A stretch of DNA of 64,000 nucleotides from an uncultured bacterium (GTDB lineage Bacteria; Arandabacterota; Arandabacteria; JAGLYR01), in assembly GCA_964610505.1 (NCBI GenBank), contig CAZSXU010000014.1:4652-68651 (forward strand), written 5' to 3'. Shown piece by piece: positions 28,370-37,345 of this stretch; position 1 is the first letter of the stretch, and each line of letters starts with the position of its first letter. Both the position numbers and the translations under genes were made by a program. The notes beneath the pieces were generated by a model. The model was not told the origin of the DNA, made no database searches, and was given only the letters and a program-made list of their open reading frames with translations.

Positions 28370-29509
28370 TCATGAGAATGGAGGCGGATGGCCCTCAGGG
28401 AGCCGGTCGAGGATTTCCGTGAGCGCCGCAATGACGTCGTCCGGCGAGATGGCTTCCATGCACTCGGGGTTCCCGCGCTCGCAGTCCTTCTGCGAGCAGG
28501 GCGAACAGGGAAGCCCGCCGTAGAGGACGATGTGATCGGGACCGAACGGTCCGAAACGCCGGGGATCCTGCGGCCCGATGAGGGCCACGACGGGGGTTCC
28601 GACGGCGGTTCCGACGTGCATGATCCCGGTGTCCACGGAGACCAGTGCGCTTGCCTGGGAGATCACGGCCACGGTTTTCTCAAGGTCGGACGAGCGGGCG
28701 ACGGACGCCGCTCCGATTCCCACCTCTTCGGCGATACTTTCCGTTTCCTCGGCTTCCTCGCGTGAACCGGTGATGATGACGCCCAGCCCGCGGCCGTCGC
28801 GGAGCCATCGGGCAACCTGCACGAACCGGTCCCGGGGCCATTTCCTCAAGGGAGAGGCCGCGCCGGGATGGATCACCGCAAATGTCTCAACGTCTCCCAC
28901 AAGGCCGGGTCTTTCCCGCTGGAACCACTCGAGCGCCTGTCCTGCAATCGGCAGAGAGGGCCGGACCCCGGACCCCGGCGGCTCGCAGTGTCCAACGATG
29001 CACAAGTTGGTTTCCACCTCGTGCGTCGGAATGAACCCGGGGTCGAAACCCAGTCGGGCCGCCCATCGCTTGATCTTCATCCGGATTCGAACGGTGCCGC
29101 GGTCGACGCGCTTCCCGGCGCCGGAGCGAGCGGCGTAGGCGAGCGATGCCCGGTCGTCCCGCAGGCCCACGATGAGATCGTAGGATCGTGACCGAAGCAC
29201 CGTCGAGAGGTTCGGGGCGACCCGCAACGGCGCGCCCCGGATGTATTCGGGGCTGGCATAGATCAGAATCCGATCCAGCGCCGGGTGGGCTTTCATCAGG
29301 GGCCGGGCCCAGGGACCGATCACTCCGGTGATCTCCGCCTCCGGATGGAGCGCCCGAAGATGGGAGAGGGCGGGCGTGGCCGTCACGACGTCTCCGAGGT
29401 GATCCAGCTTGAAGACCAGGATTTTCCTCACGGGGCGCCTGGAGAACCATCCTCGGGCGTTGACCAGGAGACTCACAAGAGCCGAGGCTATGAAGAAGGC
29501 ATACTCCAC
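28370..29509 (-). CDS. Glycosyltransferase family 9 (LPS heptosyltransferase-like)
   Basis: KILVFKLDHLGDVVTATPALSHLR start and overall GT9 layout. Confidence 0.8.
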   Translation of the reverse strand: MEYAFFIASALVSLLVNARGWFSRRPVRKILVFKLDHLGDVVTATPALSHLRALHPEAEITGVIGPWARPLMKAHPALDRILIYASPEYIRGAPLRVAPNLSTVLRSRSYDLIVGLRDDRASLAYAARSGAGKRVDRGTVRIRMKIKRWAARLGFDPGFIPTHEVETNLCIVGHCEPPGSGVRPSLPIAGQALEWFQRERPGLVGDVETFAVIHPGAASPLRKWPRDRFVQVARWLRDGRGLGVIITGSREEAEETESIAEEVGIGAASVARSSDLEKTVAVISQASALVSVDTGIMHVGTAVGTPVVALIGPQDPRRFGPFGPDHIVLYGGLPCSPCSQKDCERGNPECMEAISPDDVIAALTEILDRLPEGHPPPFS

Positions 29510-30672
29510 TCCGGGCTCCTCTCAGATTCCAACGTTCCGTCGAGCAAGCGGGCATACGTGTCCTTGTGCGCCTCGACCACGCGCCGCCAGGTGAAATGCC
29601 GAAGGACCCGCTCGCGCCCGGCCGCCGCCAGGCGGGCGCATGTCCGGGGATCGTGGTAGAGCTCCTCAAGGGCCCCGGCGAGCGCCACCGCATCTCCCTC
29701 CGGCACGACGACGCCTGCATCGCCGATCACCTCCGGAATAGCCCCCGAATCGGACCCGACGACGGGAACCTCGCACGCCATCGCCTCGATCAGCACCCGG
29801 CCGAACTGCTCCTTCCACGTGGGAGTCGTAAGCGAGGGGAGCACCAGGACGTCCATGAGGTTCATCCGGTCCGGGACCTCTCCGTGGGTGACGTTGTCGT
29901 CGATGACCAGACGATTCTCCCACCCCTCCGCCCGGGCGCGGGCCCGAACGGCGCCGGCCTCCGGTCCGCCTCCCACGACCAGCAGGCTCCAATCCATTCG
30001 GAGAAACGACAGGGCTTCGAGCAATACCCGGATTCCCTTGGCCGGAATCAGCCGGCCCGCGAACCCGATGACGAATTCCCGAATGCCCCGTTCGGATCCG
30101 GTTTTTTCCACCTCCCGTCTGCAGAACCGCTCCGGATCCACGCCGAAGGGGACGTGGCGGATGGGCCGGGTGAATCCTCGGGATTCAAGGACCCGTCGAG
30201 CTTCTCCCGAAGACACCAGTCCGCAATCCGACACCCTCTGGACGATCCGCTGAACTCCCCCGTAGAACCATGACGGGCGGCAGGGGTACCGGAAACCCGT
30301 GTTCAGGTTGTCGAAGGTGTAGAAGACAATCCGCGTCGCCGGACACATGCGTTTCGAGAGGAGCGCAACCTGGAGCGCCATCAGGCTGTAGGGTTCTTCC
30401 ATCAGCTGGAGCACGTCCGGGCGCGCGGCCCGAAGCGCCCGCCGAACGCCCGTGTAGAAGAATCCCCGGTTCTCGTATCCCCGGAATCCGGCCTTTCCCG
30501 TGAGAATCCTGTACCCCGACGCGTCTCTTCCGGCTCTGACCACCCTTCCTCCCTCGACCCACGTTTCGGGAACGAACACCGTCAGGTCGATGTCCGGGTC
30601 CGTCGAGAGAACGCGATACCGCTCTCTGAACACATCGACGCCACCCGTGTGATCCACCGCCAGAACCCGCAT
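29488..30672 (-). CDS. Glycosyltransferase family 4
   Basis: GT-B C-terminal domain with E-x7-E-like region (EQFGRVLIEAMACEVPVVGSDSGAIPEVI). Confidence 0.8.
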   Translation of the reverse strand: MRVLAVDHTGGVDVFRERYRVLSTDPDIDLTVFVPETWVEGGRVVRAGRDASGYRILTGKAGFRGYENRGFFYTGVRRALRAARPDVLQLMEEPYSLMALQVALLSKRMCPATRIVFYTFDNLNTGFRYPCRPSWFYGGVQRIVQRVSDCGLVSSGEARRVLESRGFTRPIRHVPFGVDPERFCRREVEKTGSERGIREFVIGFAGRLIPAKGIRVLLEALSFLRMDWSLLVVGGGPEAGAVRARARAEGWENRLVIDDNVTHGEVPDRMNLMDVLVLPSLTTPTWKEQFGRVLIEAMACEVPVVGSDSGAIPEVIGDAGVVVPEGDAVALAGALEELYHDPRTCARLAAAGRERVLRHFTWRRVVEAHKDTYARLLDGTLESERSPEWSMPSS

Positions 30673-30673
30673 C

Positions 30674-32119
30674 TCAATTCTCCGAACCGTTGTCCCGCCG
30701 GGAGAGAACGGCGTCCCGAATTTGTTTCCTCTCCTCCGGACGGATCGCCCGCGTCAGCAGAAGGGTCGCCGCATAGACACCGGCCCCCACGGCCACCGCC
30801 CCGGCCAGGTTGAGCGAATCCCAGGCGAGAAGGACGGCCGTCATGGTACATCCGGAGACGGCCAGCTTGACGAGCCGCGCGGGGCTCAGCCGAACGCCCG
30901 TGTAGCGGATCACCAGGAAGGAGAACAACCCGGCCAGAAGTACCTGAGTCACGAGCGTCGCCCGGGCCGCGCCCAGATGCGCGTACCTCGGAATCAGAAT
31001 CAGGTTCAGCGCCACGTTGACGACGACCCCGACCAGGGAACAGTAAAACGTGATCTTCTGCCGGTCGATCGCGCCCAGGACGACACCGAGGAAGTTGTTG
31101 ATGAAGACGAAAAAGAGGGCGGCGCCGATCCAGCGAAGCACGGGGATCGTCTCCACATATCCTTCGCCGAAGAGGGTCCACACGATGCGGTCGCTGACCA
31201 GAGCCAGTCCCAGGGCCATGGGCAGCCCGAAGGCCATCATGAATTCCCAGGCCCCCGCAACGGCCGTTCGCAGCCGGTCCTCCGAAGTCGTCTTGAGCTT
31301 TGAGAGGGTCGGGAACACGGTGTTGATGAAGGCGGCCGGCAGGTACACCAGTCCTTCCAGCAGCCGATATCCCGCGCTGTACCATCCGACGTGTCGGCTT
31401 CCCTTCATGGCCGAGAGCATCACCACGTCGATTTTGAAGTAGACCAGTCCGAGCACCAGCGCCAGGGCAAAGGGCGTGGCTTCTCGGATCAGCAGTCGCC
31501 AAAAGGCGAAATCTACTTTCGGTGTGAACCGGAATCCCATCTGGCGCGACAGAACGGGCATCGAAATAACGAGATTCAGGGCCGCCTCCAGAAGAAAAAC
31601 CAGAGCGATCCAGACCATCCCCAGACCCAGGTGAACCACGAGTAGCCCGACGAGAATGGCGACCAGTTTGCTCACGACCATGATGATGGACGGGAACTCC
31701 ATCTTTTCCCGGCCGAAGAAGACGGAGTTGGACGTGGCGTAGAGTCCCGCGATGGACGTCGAGATTGCGGCGATGTAGACCGGTCCGAGCGTGGCGGTCG
31801 TGGCGCCCGTGTGGAGAGCGATGAACACCGTCAACGGGATGGAGATCACCGAGAGGGTCATGCGGAGCGACAGGACGTTGGAGAAGTACCGCGCCGCCTC
31901 TTCCGGGCGCCGGGCCACGGCGCGCGTGATGACCGAAGAAAACCCGAACTCGACGAGAATGCCGATGAGACTTCCGAGAGAAAAGGCATAGGTCAGGTGT
32001 CCGAACCGGGCGTCTCCCAGGTGGCGGGCGATGATGGCCAGCCAAACCAGACCCAGGATTTTCACCGTGACCTGACCGGCGAACATCACGCTGGAATTGA
32101 ACAGGACCCTACGAAGCAT
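30674..32119 (-). CDS. Polysaccharide flippase (Wzx/MOP superfamily)
   Basis: 481 aa, about 12-14 TM helices, polysaccharide-biosynthesis-protein layout; between a GT and the ligase-like gene. Confidence 0.8.
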   Translation of the reverse strand: MLRRVLFNSSVMFAGQVTVKILGLVWLAIIARHLGDARFGHLTYAFSLGSLIGILVEFGFSSVITRAVARRPEEAARYFSNVLSLRMTLSVISIPLTVFIALHTGATTATLGPVYIAAISTSIAGLYATSNSVFFGREKMEFPSIIMVVSKLVAILVGLLVVHLGLGMVWIALVFLLEAALNLVISMPVLSRQMGFRFTPKVDFAFWRLLIREATPFALALVLGLVYFKIDVVMLSAMKGSRHVGWYSAGYRLLEGLVYLPAAFINTVFPTLSKLKTTSEDRLRTAVAGAWEFMMAFGLPMALGLALVSDRIVWTLFGEGYVETIPVLRWIGAALFFVFINNFLGVVLGAIDRQKITFYCSLVGVVVNVALNLILIPRYAHLGAARATLVTQVLLAGLFSFLVIRYTGVRLSPARLVKLAVSGCTMTAVLLAWDSLNLAGAVAVGAGVYAATLLLTRAIRPEERKQIRDAVLSRRDNGSEN

Positions 32120-33596
32120 GTTCCGAATTCCCGGCGACGGGGGTTATGGATTTCGCCCTCTGCTTCGCTATCCGCGCGCAGACGGCCACGGCTCCGACGA
32201 AGGTCCAGGCGGGCACAAGAACCTTGTCCCACGAAGGGTAGTAGTTGAACAGGCCGTGAATGGCGTAGCCGACCAGGCCGGCCGTCAGGGCGACGGTCAT
32301 CTGCGCCACGGGTTGACCTCTTGCGCCCGCATCGCGGCAGAGGTGTAGCGTGCGGCGAACCACCGAGAAGAAAGCGATGGCAAAGAAGAGTCCCACCGCG
32401 GCGCCCACGACCCCTGTCTCCGAAAGAACGCTCAGGTAGATGCTGTGCGCGCCCGCCTTGGGGCTGGATTCCGTGGTGGCCAGCTGGATTCGGCGAAATT
32501 CGTAGTAGTGGTGTTTGTACATTCCGAATCCCACTCCGCCCAGCGGATGGGCCCGGAACATATCCCAGGCGGCCGCCCAGCGGTTGAGGCGCTCCAGGTT
32601 GGAGATGTTGGTTTTCAAGTTTACCACGGACTGGGCGTGCTGGGACAGCATCGAGGTGGATCGCAGGAGGGTGGCGCCCATCACGATGAGGGCCAGCACC
32701 AGGATCACCACGACGAACCCTCGGCTCCTTCGAGACTTGAGCGAGTAGTACAGGAAGGTGGCGAACATTCCGAAGAAGCCCAACCACGCCGCGCGGGTGA
32801 GTGAGAACAGGATTCCAGCCAAGGTCATGAATCCCACACAGGCGAAGAAGAATCTTTCGATGCTCTTCTTCGCCCACAGGAGGGACACCGCGGCCATGGG
32901 GAACGCGAAACACAGATAGGCGGAGAAAGTCCCGTGCTCGGCGAAGAAGGGCAAGGCGCTCACGTTGCTGCTCTCGACGCTGAGGCCGCCCCGGGCCAGG
33001 TTCACGAGATAGTAGCCGCCGGCCGCCGCTGCCGGGACGGAGAATACGGCGGCAAACCTCCGCAGGTCTCTTATGTTTCTCAAGCTTAGAAGTGCCAGGA
33101 AATAGCCGAAGATCACGTACCAGGCCAGATTGGCCGAGGCTTTCAGGCAGGCCACGGGATGACGCGTGTAGAAACAGGAAACGAAGGCCAGCGCCAGGAT
33201 CAACGACACGGCCCGGGTCAACCGCCGCGAGGAGAGCAGGATTCTGGATCCCTGGAGGAGGCGGAAGAGCCAGATGCCTTCGAGGAGCAAGATCATGGGT
33301 TCCGTGGGCGCCTGGAGCGCCGAGCCGGTACCGGGAATCATGATTTCCAGGGAAAAGGGTACGAGCAGGGCGACGGTCAACCACGCGGCGGTGGGCCGGA
33401 GCCAGGCCAGCGTAAGGAAGGCCAGCCCTCCCATCACGAAGATTCCCGCCAGGGGTCCCTCGATTCCAAGGGCCAAGAGGACGGCGCATTCCCCGAGGAA
33501 CACGGCTGCGGGCAGGACCCATCGAACAGAGCCCGGAGGAGGCGTGGACGGAGCCCCCGGGATGGCGGCGTTCTGGACATTTGCCGAATCGGTCAT
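32109..33596 (-). CDS. O-antigen ligase/polymerase family membrane protein (Wzy_C-like)
   Basis: Multi-TM protein with a large periplasmic loop containing the ligase-type GAHSIYLSVLSETGVVG motif. Confidence 0.7.
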   Translation of the reverse strand: MTDSANVQNAAIPGAPSTPPPGSVRWVLPAAVFLGECAVLLALGIEGPLAGIFVMGGLAFLTLAWLRPTAAWLTVALLVPFSLEIMIPGTGSALQAPTEPMILLLEGIWLFRLLQGSRILLSSRRLTRAVSLILALAFVSCFYTRHPVACLKASANLAWYVIFGYFLALLSLRNIRDLRRFAAVFSVPAAAAGGYYLVNLARGGLSVESSNVSALPFFAEHGTFSAYLCFAFPMAAVSLLWAKKSIERFFFACVGFMTLAGILFSLTRAAWLGFFGMFATFLYYSLKSRRSRGFVVVILVLALIVMGATLLRSTSMLSQHAQSVVNLKTNISNLERLNRWAAAWDMFRAHPLGGVGFGMYKHHYYEFRRIQLATTESSPKAGAHSIYLSVLSETGVVGAAVGLFFAIAFFSVVRRTLHLCRDAGARGQPVAQMTVALTAGLVGYAIHGLFNYYPSWDKVLVPAWTFVGAVAVCARIAKQRAKSITPVAGNSEHAS

Positions 33597-33683
33597 CGTT
33601 TCAGGGACCCCCGGAACGGCCGGATGTGGCTCCGCGCGCTGCTCGGAACGGGCCGCGGGGATTGCGGCTACGGGGTCACGCGG

Positions 33684-34922
33684 CTACCCACGAGGCCCTC
33701 CCCCCCTGCTGAGGCGGTTCCAGTCTTCCGTGAGGGCCCGCGTGATGGCGTCCAGGCGCCGAACGTTCTCCGGATCGCGGCGCCAGCGATCGACCGAGTC
33801 CATCCCGAAGGCCAGGGCCACGCTGCCGAGAAAAGCGGCGGCGAACGCGATGACGACGATCAGCCATCTCTTCGGCCTGGATTTCTTCTCGGGCGGCGAG
33901 GCCCGGTCCAGGACTTGGATGGTCGGGGTATCGCGCGATTCCATGATCTTGGCCCGCTCGTACTCTTGGGCCAGAAACGCGTGGATCTTGGACTGCAATT
34001 CCACGTCCCGGAGCAGTCGGACATACTGCATCCCCAGGGACGGCAGCTCGCTCAACGAGGGGAAAGGTTTCGATTCACCGTTCTGAAGGAAAGCCTCCGT
34101 CAATTCCGAGGTCCCGAGGAGTTCCGTCAACTGCTTTTCGAGGTTTGCCTTTCGGTTTGCCAGGGATTTGATTTCCGGGTTGCTGTCGGTGGCATAGGTC
34201 GACAGCGTGGCCAGGCGGATTTCGGTCGTGCGGATCTGGGACTCGATCTCGGCGGCGGCCGAGATGAGCGCCTGGGTTTGCTCCGTGAGCTCGACGGCCC
34301 CGTATTCCTGCTGGTAGGCCTGCAGCGCCTGCTCGGACTCGCCAAGTTCCAGCCGGGTTTCTTTGAGGCGTTCCTCGACAAACATCCGGGTCTTCTTGCC
34401 CTCGGTCATTCGCGTGGTCCGGTTAAATTCGTCGAGCACTTCCAGAAAAGCATTGGCCATGTCGGCGGCGCGGTCGGGATCCTTGGCCTCCACGGCAATG
34501 GAGATCAGGCCCTCATCCACCACACGTACCCATCGGTGCTTCTCCAGCTTGCGGATGGCTTTCTCCATCGTCTTCGCTTTGTACAGGCGTTTGAGGTCGA
34601 ACTCGTCGATGATCTTCTCCGAAACGTAGCGGCTTCGGAGGATGGCCCCGTACACATCGGACGTCGTGGCGAACCACGGAAGGTTGGCCGTAGCGGCCGT
34701 CATTTGCAGCGCTCCGAGACTCATGAGCGGATCCATCGACGTCTCGGGCGGCAGGATCACGGCCGTGGTTCTGTACCACTTGGGAAGAACCAGCGAGAGG
34801 ACGACGGCGAGAAACACCACGGCCGCGACGTTGATGGCGATCAGCCGACGGCGCCTCACCAGCGTGTCCAGGGCGTCCAGGGACACAGATCCTTTTCCGG
34901 GCGTCGGGTTGGCATCCTGCAT
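33684..34922 (-). CDS. Polysaccharide chain-length determinant (Wzz/PCP family, no kinase domain)
   Basis: N-terminal TM, long coiled-coil periplasmic domain, C-terminal TM (RWLIVVIAFAAAFLGSVALAF). Confidence 0.7.
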   Translation of the reverse strand: MQDANPTPGKGSVSLDALDTLVRRRRLIAINVAAVVFLAVVLSLVLPKWYRTTAVILPPETSMDPLMSLGALQMTAATANLPWFATTSDVYGAILRSRYVSEKIIDEFDLKRLYKAKTMEKAIRKLEKHRWVRVVDEGLISIAVEAKDPDRAADMANAFLEVLDEFNRTTRMTEGKKTRMFVEERLKETRLELGESEQALQAYQQEYGAVELTEQTQALISAAAEIESQIRTTEIRLATLSTYATDSNPEIKSLANRKANLEKQLTELLGTSELTEAFLQNGESKPFPSLSELPSLGMQYVRLLRDVELQSKIHAFLAQEYERAKIMESRDTPTIQVLDRASPPEKKSRPKRWLIVVIAFAAAFLGSVALAFGMDSVDRWRRDPENVRRLDAITRALTEDWNRLSRGGGPRG

Positions 34923-35092
34923 GATCGGTCCGCGGCCCGGATCGACGGTGCGGGAACCGGGCGGTTGAAGAACCGTGAGTTCGACATCCGGGCGTTCGGC
35001 CGCCCGGAGCGTTCCCTTACTCTATCCGGGCCGGTGGGGCAAGTCAATTGTAAAGGGGCGCATGGGCGACCCGGAGACTGCGGAACAACGGG

Positions 35093-35159
35093 ATGGCGGG
35101 ACTGCGAGTCAACTGCCAAAAGCCGAGAGCCAGAACACACAGTCCTCGGGCCGGCCGCG
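35093..35159. repeat. Copy B of the degenerate repeated element
   Basis: ACTGCGAGTCAACTGCCAAAAGCCGAGAGCC...CGGGCCGGCCGCG; related to 25041..25100 and 35303..35367. Confidence 0.6.
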
Positions 35160-35302
35160 GTGAAGGTTCGCCGGATCGAAAGCCGCAGCGTGGCCTGTTC
35201 GCCCGAGTGAATCGTCGCCCTCCGTGCCGACCTGTATTCCCCTTCACGCTGCGGCAGAGAGACGCCGGACCTTTGCCGCGGCTGGGGGCCCGCGCAGGAA
35301 AC

Positions 35303-35367
35303 GAGACTGCTGGTCAACTACCCAGAAACCGATCGGCGAAGGCCGAAAGCCGGGTCCCCCTGCCCCC
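35303..35367. repeat. Copy C (partial) of the degenerate repeated element
   Basis: GAGACTGCTGGTCAACTACCCAGAAACCGATCGGCGAAGGCCGAAAGCCGGGTCCCCCTGCCCC; 5' half resembles copy B, 3' half resembles copy A. Confidence 0.5.
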
Positions 35368-35505
35368 GCGCCCCAATTCTCTCTCTTGGCTTTGTCCGCC
35401 GATTCGACTATCCTGAGGGCGGCTTCTCGGCACCGAGGCGCCGAGAAGGGATCTCCGTGAAATCCGCGCAATCTGCGGTTGCGCCGTCGGCCTTGAGAGG
35501 TCTTT

Positions 35506-36720
35506 GTGAAGATCCTCTTCGTCACAACCGAAGTCCCCTCCCCGCGCGGGAGCGGGGGGTTGATCGCCAACTACTACCACCTGCGCGGTTTGGTCAGGGA
35601 GGGCCACGAGGTCACCCTCGTTTCCCTGGCGCCGCGAGGCGCGGCCGGGGCGCGCGTTGACATCGACGGGCTCCATCGATCGATGCTCATCCCGGGCGTT
35701 CCGCCGACCACGGTCGGCGGGCTGATGGCGAACGTGTTCCAGAAGGAGCCGTTTCCCATCCGCAAGTACATGAAGGTGGACGCCGGATCGGGCCTTCGGA
35801 CTCTCGCCGTCGAGCATGTCTTCGATCTGGTTCACCTGGCCGGCCTCCACACGGCGCATCTCGCCGAGGATCTTCGAAACGTCGTGCACGGCCCGATGGT
35901 TCTCTACGAACACAACGTGCAGGCGAAAGTGCACGAGTTGTTCTACCGGATGCAGCGGGATCCGCTGAGGCGATGGTACGCACGGCTCCAGTGGAAGAGG
36001 ATGTTGGCTTACGAGGCGGAGGTGTGCCGGCGCTTCGATTGCGTGCTCACTTTCTCCGAGCCGGACGCGGGGAGACTGGCGGGGCTATCGAAGGGCGCCA
36101 GGGTCTCATGGTTGCCTCTTGCCGTGGACGCCGAGAGGTTGTCCAGAATTTCGACGAGCGAGGCGTTCGATGTGCTGTGGATCGGATCTCTCCGGTGGTT
36201 GCCGAACATCGACTCGCTCCGGTGGTTTGCGGATGAGATTGTGCCGAAGATCCTTGCGGGTCGGCCGGAGACATCCGTCGCCGTCGCGGGATCCTCGCCG
36301 CCGCCCTGGCTGAAGAAGCTCGCCGGGCGAAGTCCGCGAATTCGCGTTCTCGGTGAGGTCGATGACGCCTACGACCTCATGGGCCGCTCGAGGCTGATCG
36401 TGGTTCCGCTTCGCATCGGAAGCGGCGTTCGAGTAAAAATCCTCGAAGCGCTTGCGCTTCGCCGCGCGGTTCTGAGCACGACGCTCGGATGCGAGGGGAT
36501 CGAAGTCGAGTCGGGCAAACATCTGGTGGTGGCGGATGATCCGAAGGCGTTTGCCGGCGAGGCAATTCGTCTTCTGGACGACGACCGTCGGCGGAGTGAT
36601 CTCGCCGCGCGTGGTTACGATTTGGTTCTCGCGCGTCACGACTACCGCAAGGTCGGCGCGAAGATGTCGGCACTCTACGAGAGCCTGCGGCAAGGCGACA
36701 CGGTTCAGGCGACACGGTGA
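35506..36720 (+). CDS. Glycosyltransferase family 4
   Basis: GTG start per ORF track; GT-B fold with C-terminal GT4 signature region (RVKILEALALRRAVLSTTLGCEGIEV). Confidence 0.8.
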   Translation: MKILFVTTEVPSPRGSGGLIANYYHLRGLVREGHEVTLVSLAPRGAAGARVDIDGLHRSMLIPGVPPTTVGGLMANVFQKEPFPIRKYMKVDAGSGLRTLAVEHVFDLVHLAGLHTAHLAEDLRNVVHGPMVLYEHNVQAKVHELFYRMQRDPLRRWYARLQWKRMLAYEAEVCRRFDCVLTFSEPDAGRLAGLSKGARVSWLPLAVDAERLSRISTSEAFDVLWIGSLRWLPNIDSLRWFADEIVPKILAGRPETSVAVAGSSPPPWLKKLAGRSPRIRVLGEVDDAYDLMGRSRLIVVPLRIGSGVRVKILEALALRRAVLSTTLGCEGIEVESGKHLVVADDPKAFAGEAIRLLDDDRRRSDLAARGYDLVLARHDYRKVGAKMSALYESLRQGDTVQATR

Positions 36721-36781
36721 CACGGCGAAAGAGCCAAGCCCCGAGCCATAGATCTCGCAGAGGGCGGATGGAGGAACCGGG

Positions 36782-37345
36782 ATGAACGGCGAGAGTGAAT
36801 CCGGACGTGGGGAAGGAGCAGGGGTCGAGCGAGCCGAGGCATGCCTCAGACAATGCTTCGGTGAGATGCCCGGCCGGTGCCTGATCGTCAACGTGTCGGC
36901 CCAGCGGCTGGTGCTGTTGTCGGATGGCGCGGTGACAAACGGCTACGATGTATCCACCGCACGATCCGGTGTCAACGCCCGGGAAGGATCCCGCGGGACC
37001 CCCCCGGGAGTACATCGCATCGCCGAAAAAATCGGCGGCAAAATGCCGCCGGGAGCCATCTTCCGTTCCAGGGTTCCCACGGGTCGGATCTGGTTGCCCG
37101 GAGCAACCGATGATCCCGATCAGGATCTCATATTGAGCCGCATCTTGACCCTGGAAGGCGTGGAGGACGGCATCAACCGTGGTCCCGGCGTGGACACGTT
37201 GGCTCGCCACGTCTACATCCACGGAACCAATCACGAGAGAGACATCGGGGCACCTGTCTCCGGGGGGTGCATACGAATGACCAGTGCGGGCGTCATCGAT
37301 CTGTATGACCGTGTCGAACAGGGGGATCCAGTTGTCATCATCTGA
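36782..37345 (+). CDS. L,D-transpeptidase (YkuD domain) protein
   Basis: Catalytic region HGTNHERDIGAPVSGGCIRM (His...Cys). Confidence 0.75.
   Translation: MNGESESGRGEGAGVERAEACLRQCFGEMPGRCLIVNVSAQRLVLLSDGAVTNGYDVSTARSGVNAREGSRGTPPGVHRIAEKIGGKMPPGAIFRSRVPTGRIWLPGATDDPDQDLILSRILTLEGVEDGINRGPGVDTLARHVYIHGTNHERDIGAPVSGGCIRMTSAGVIDLYDRVEQGDPVVII

Noticed and set aside
33159-35210. 683-aa plus-strand ORF across the ligase/Wzz region
   Set aside because: Antisense to two motif-bearing minus-strand genes; composition biased; no domain recognisable.
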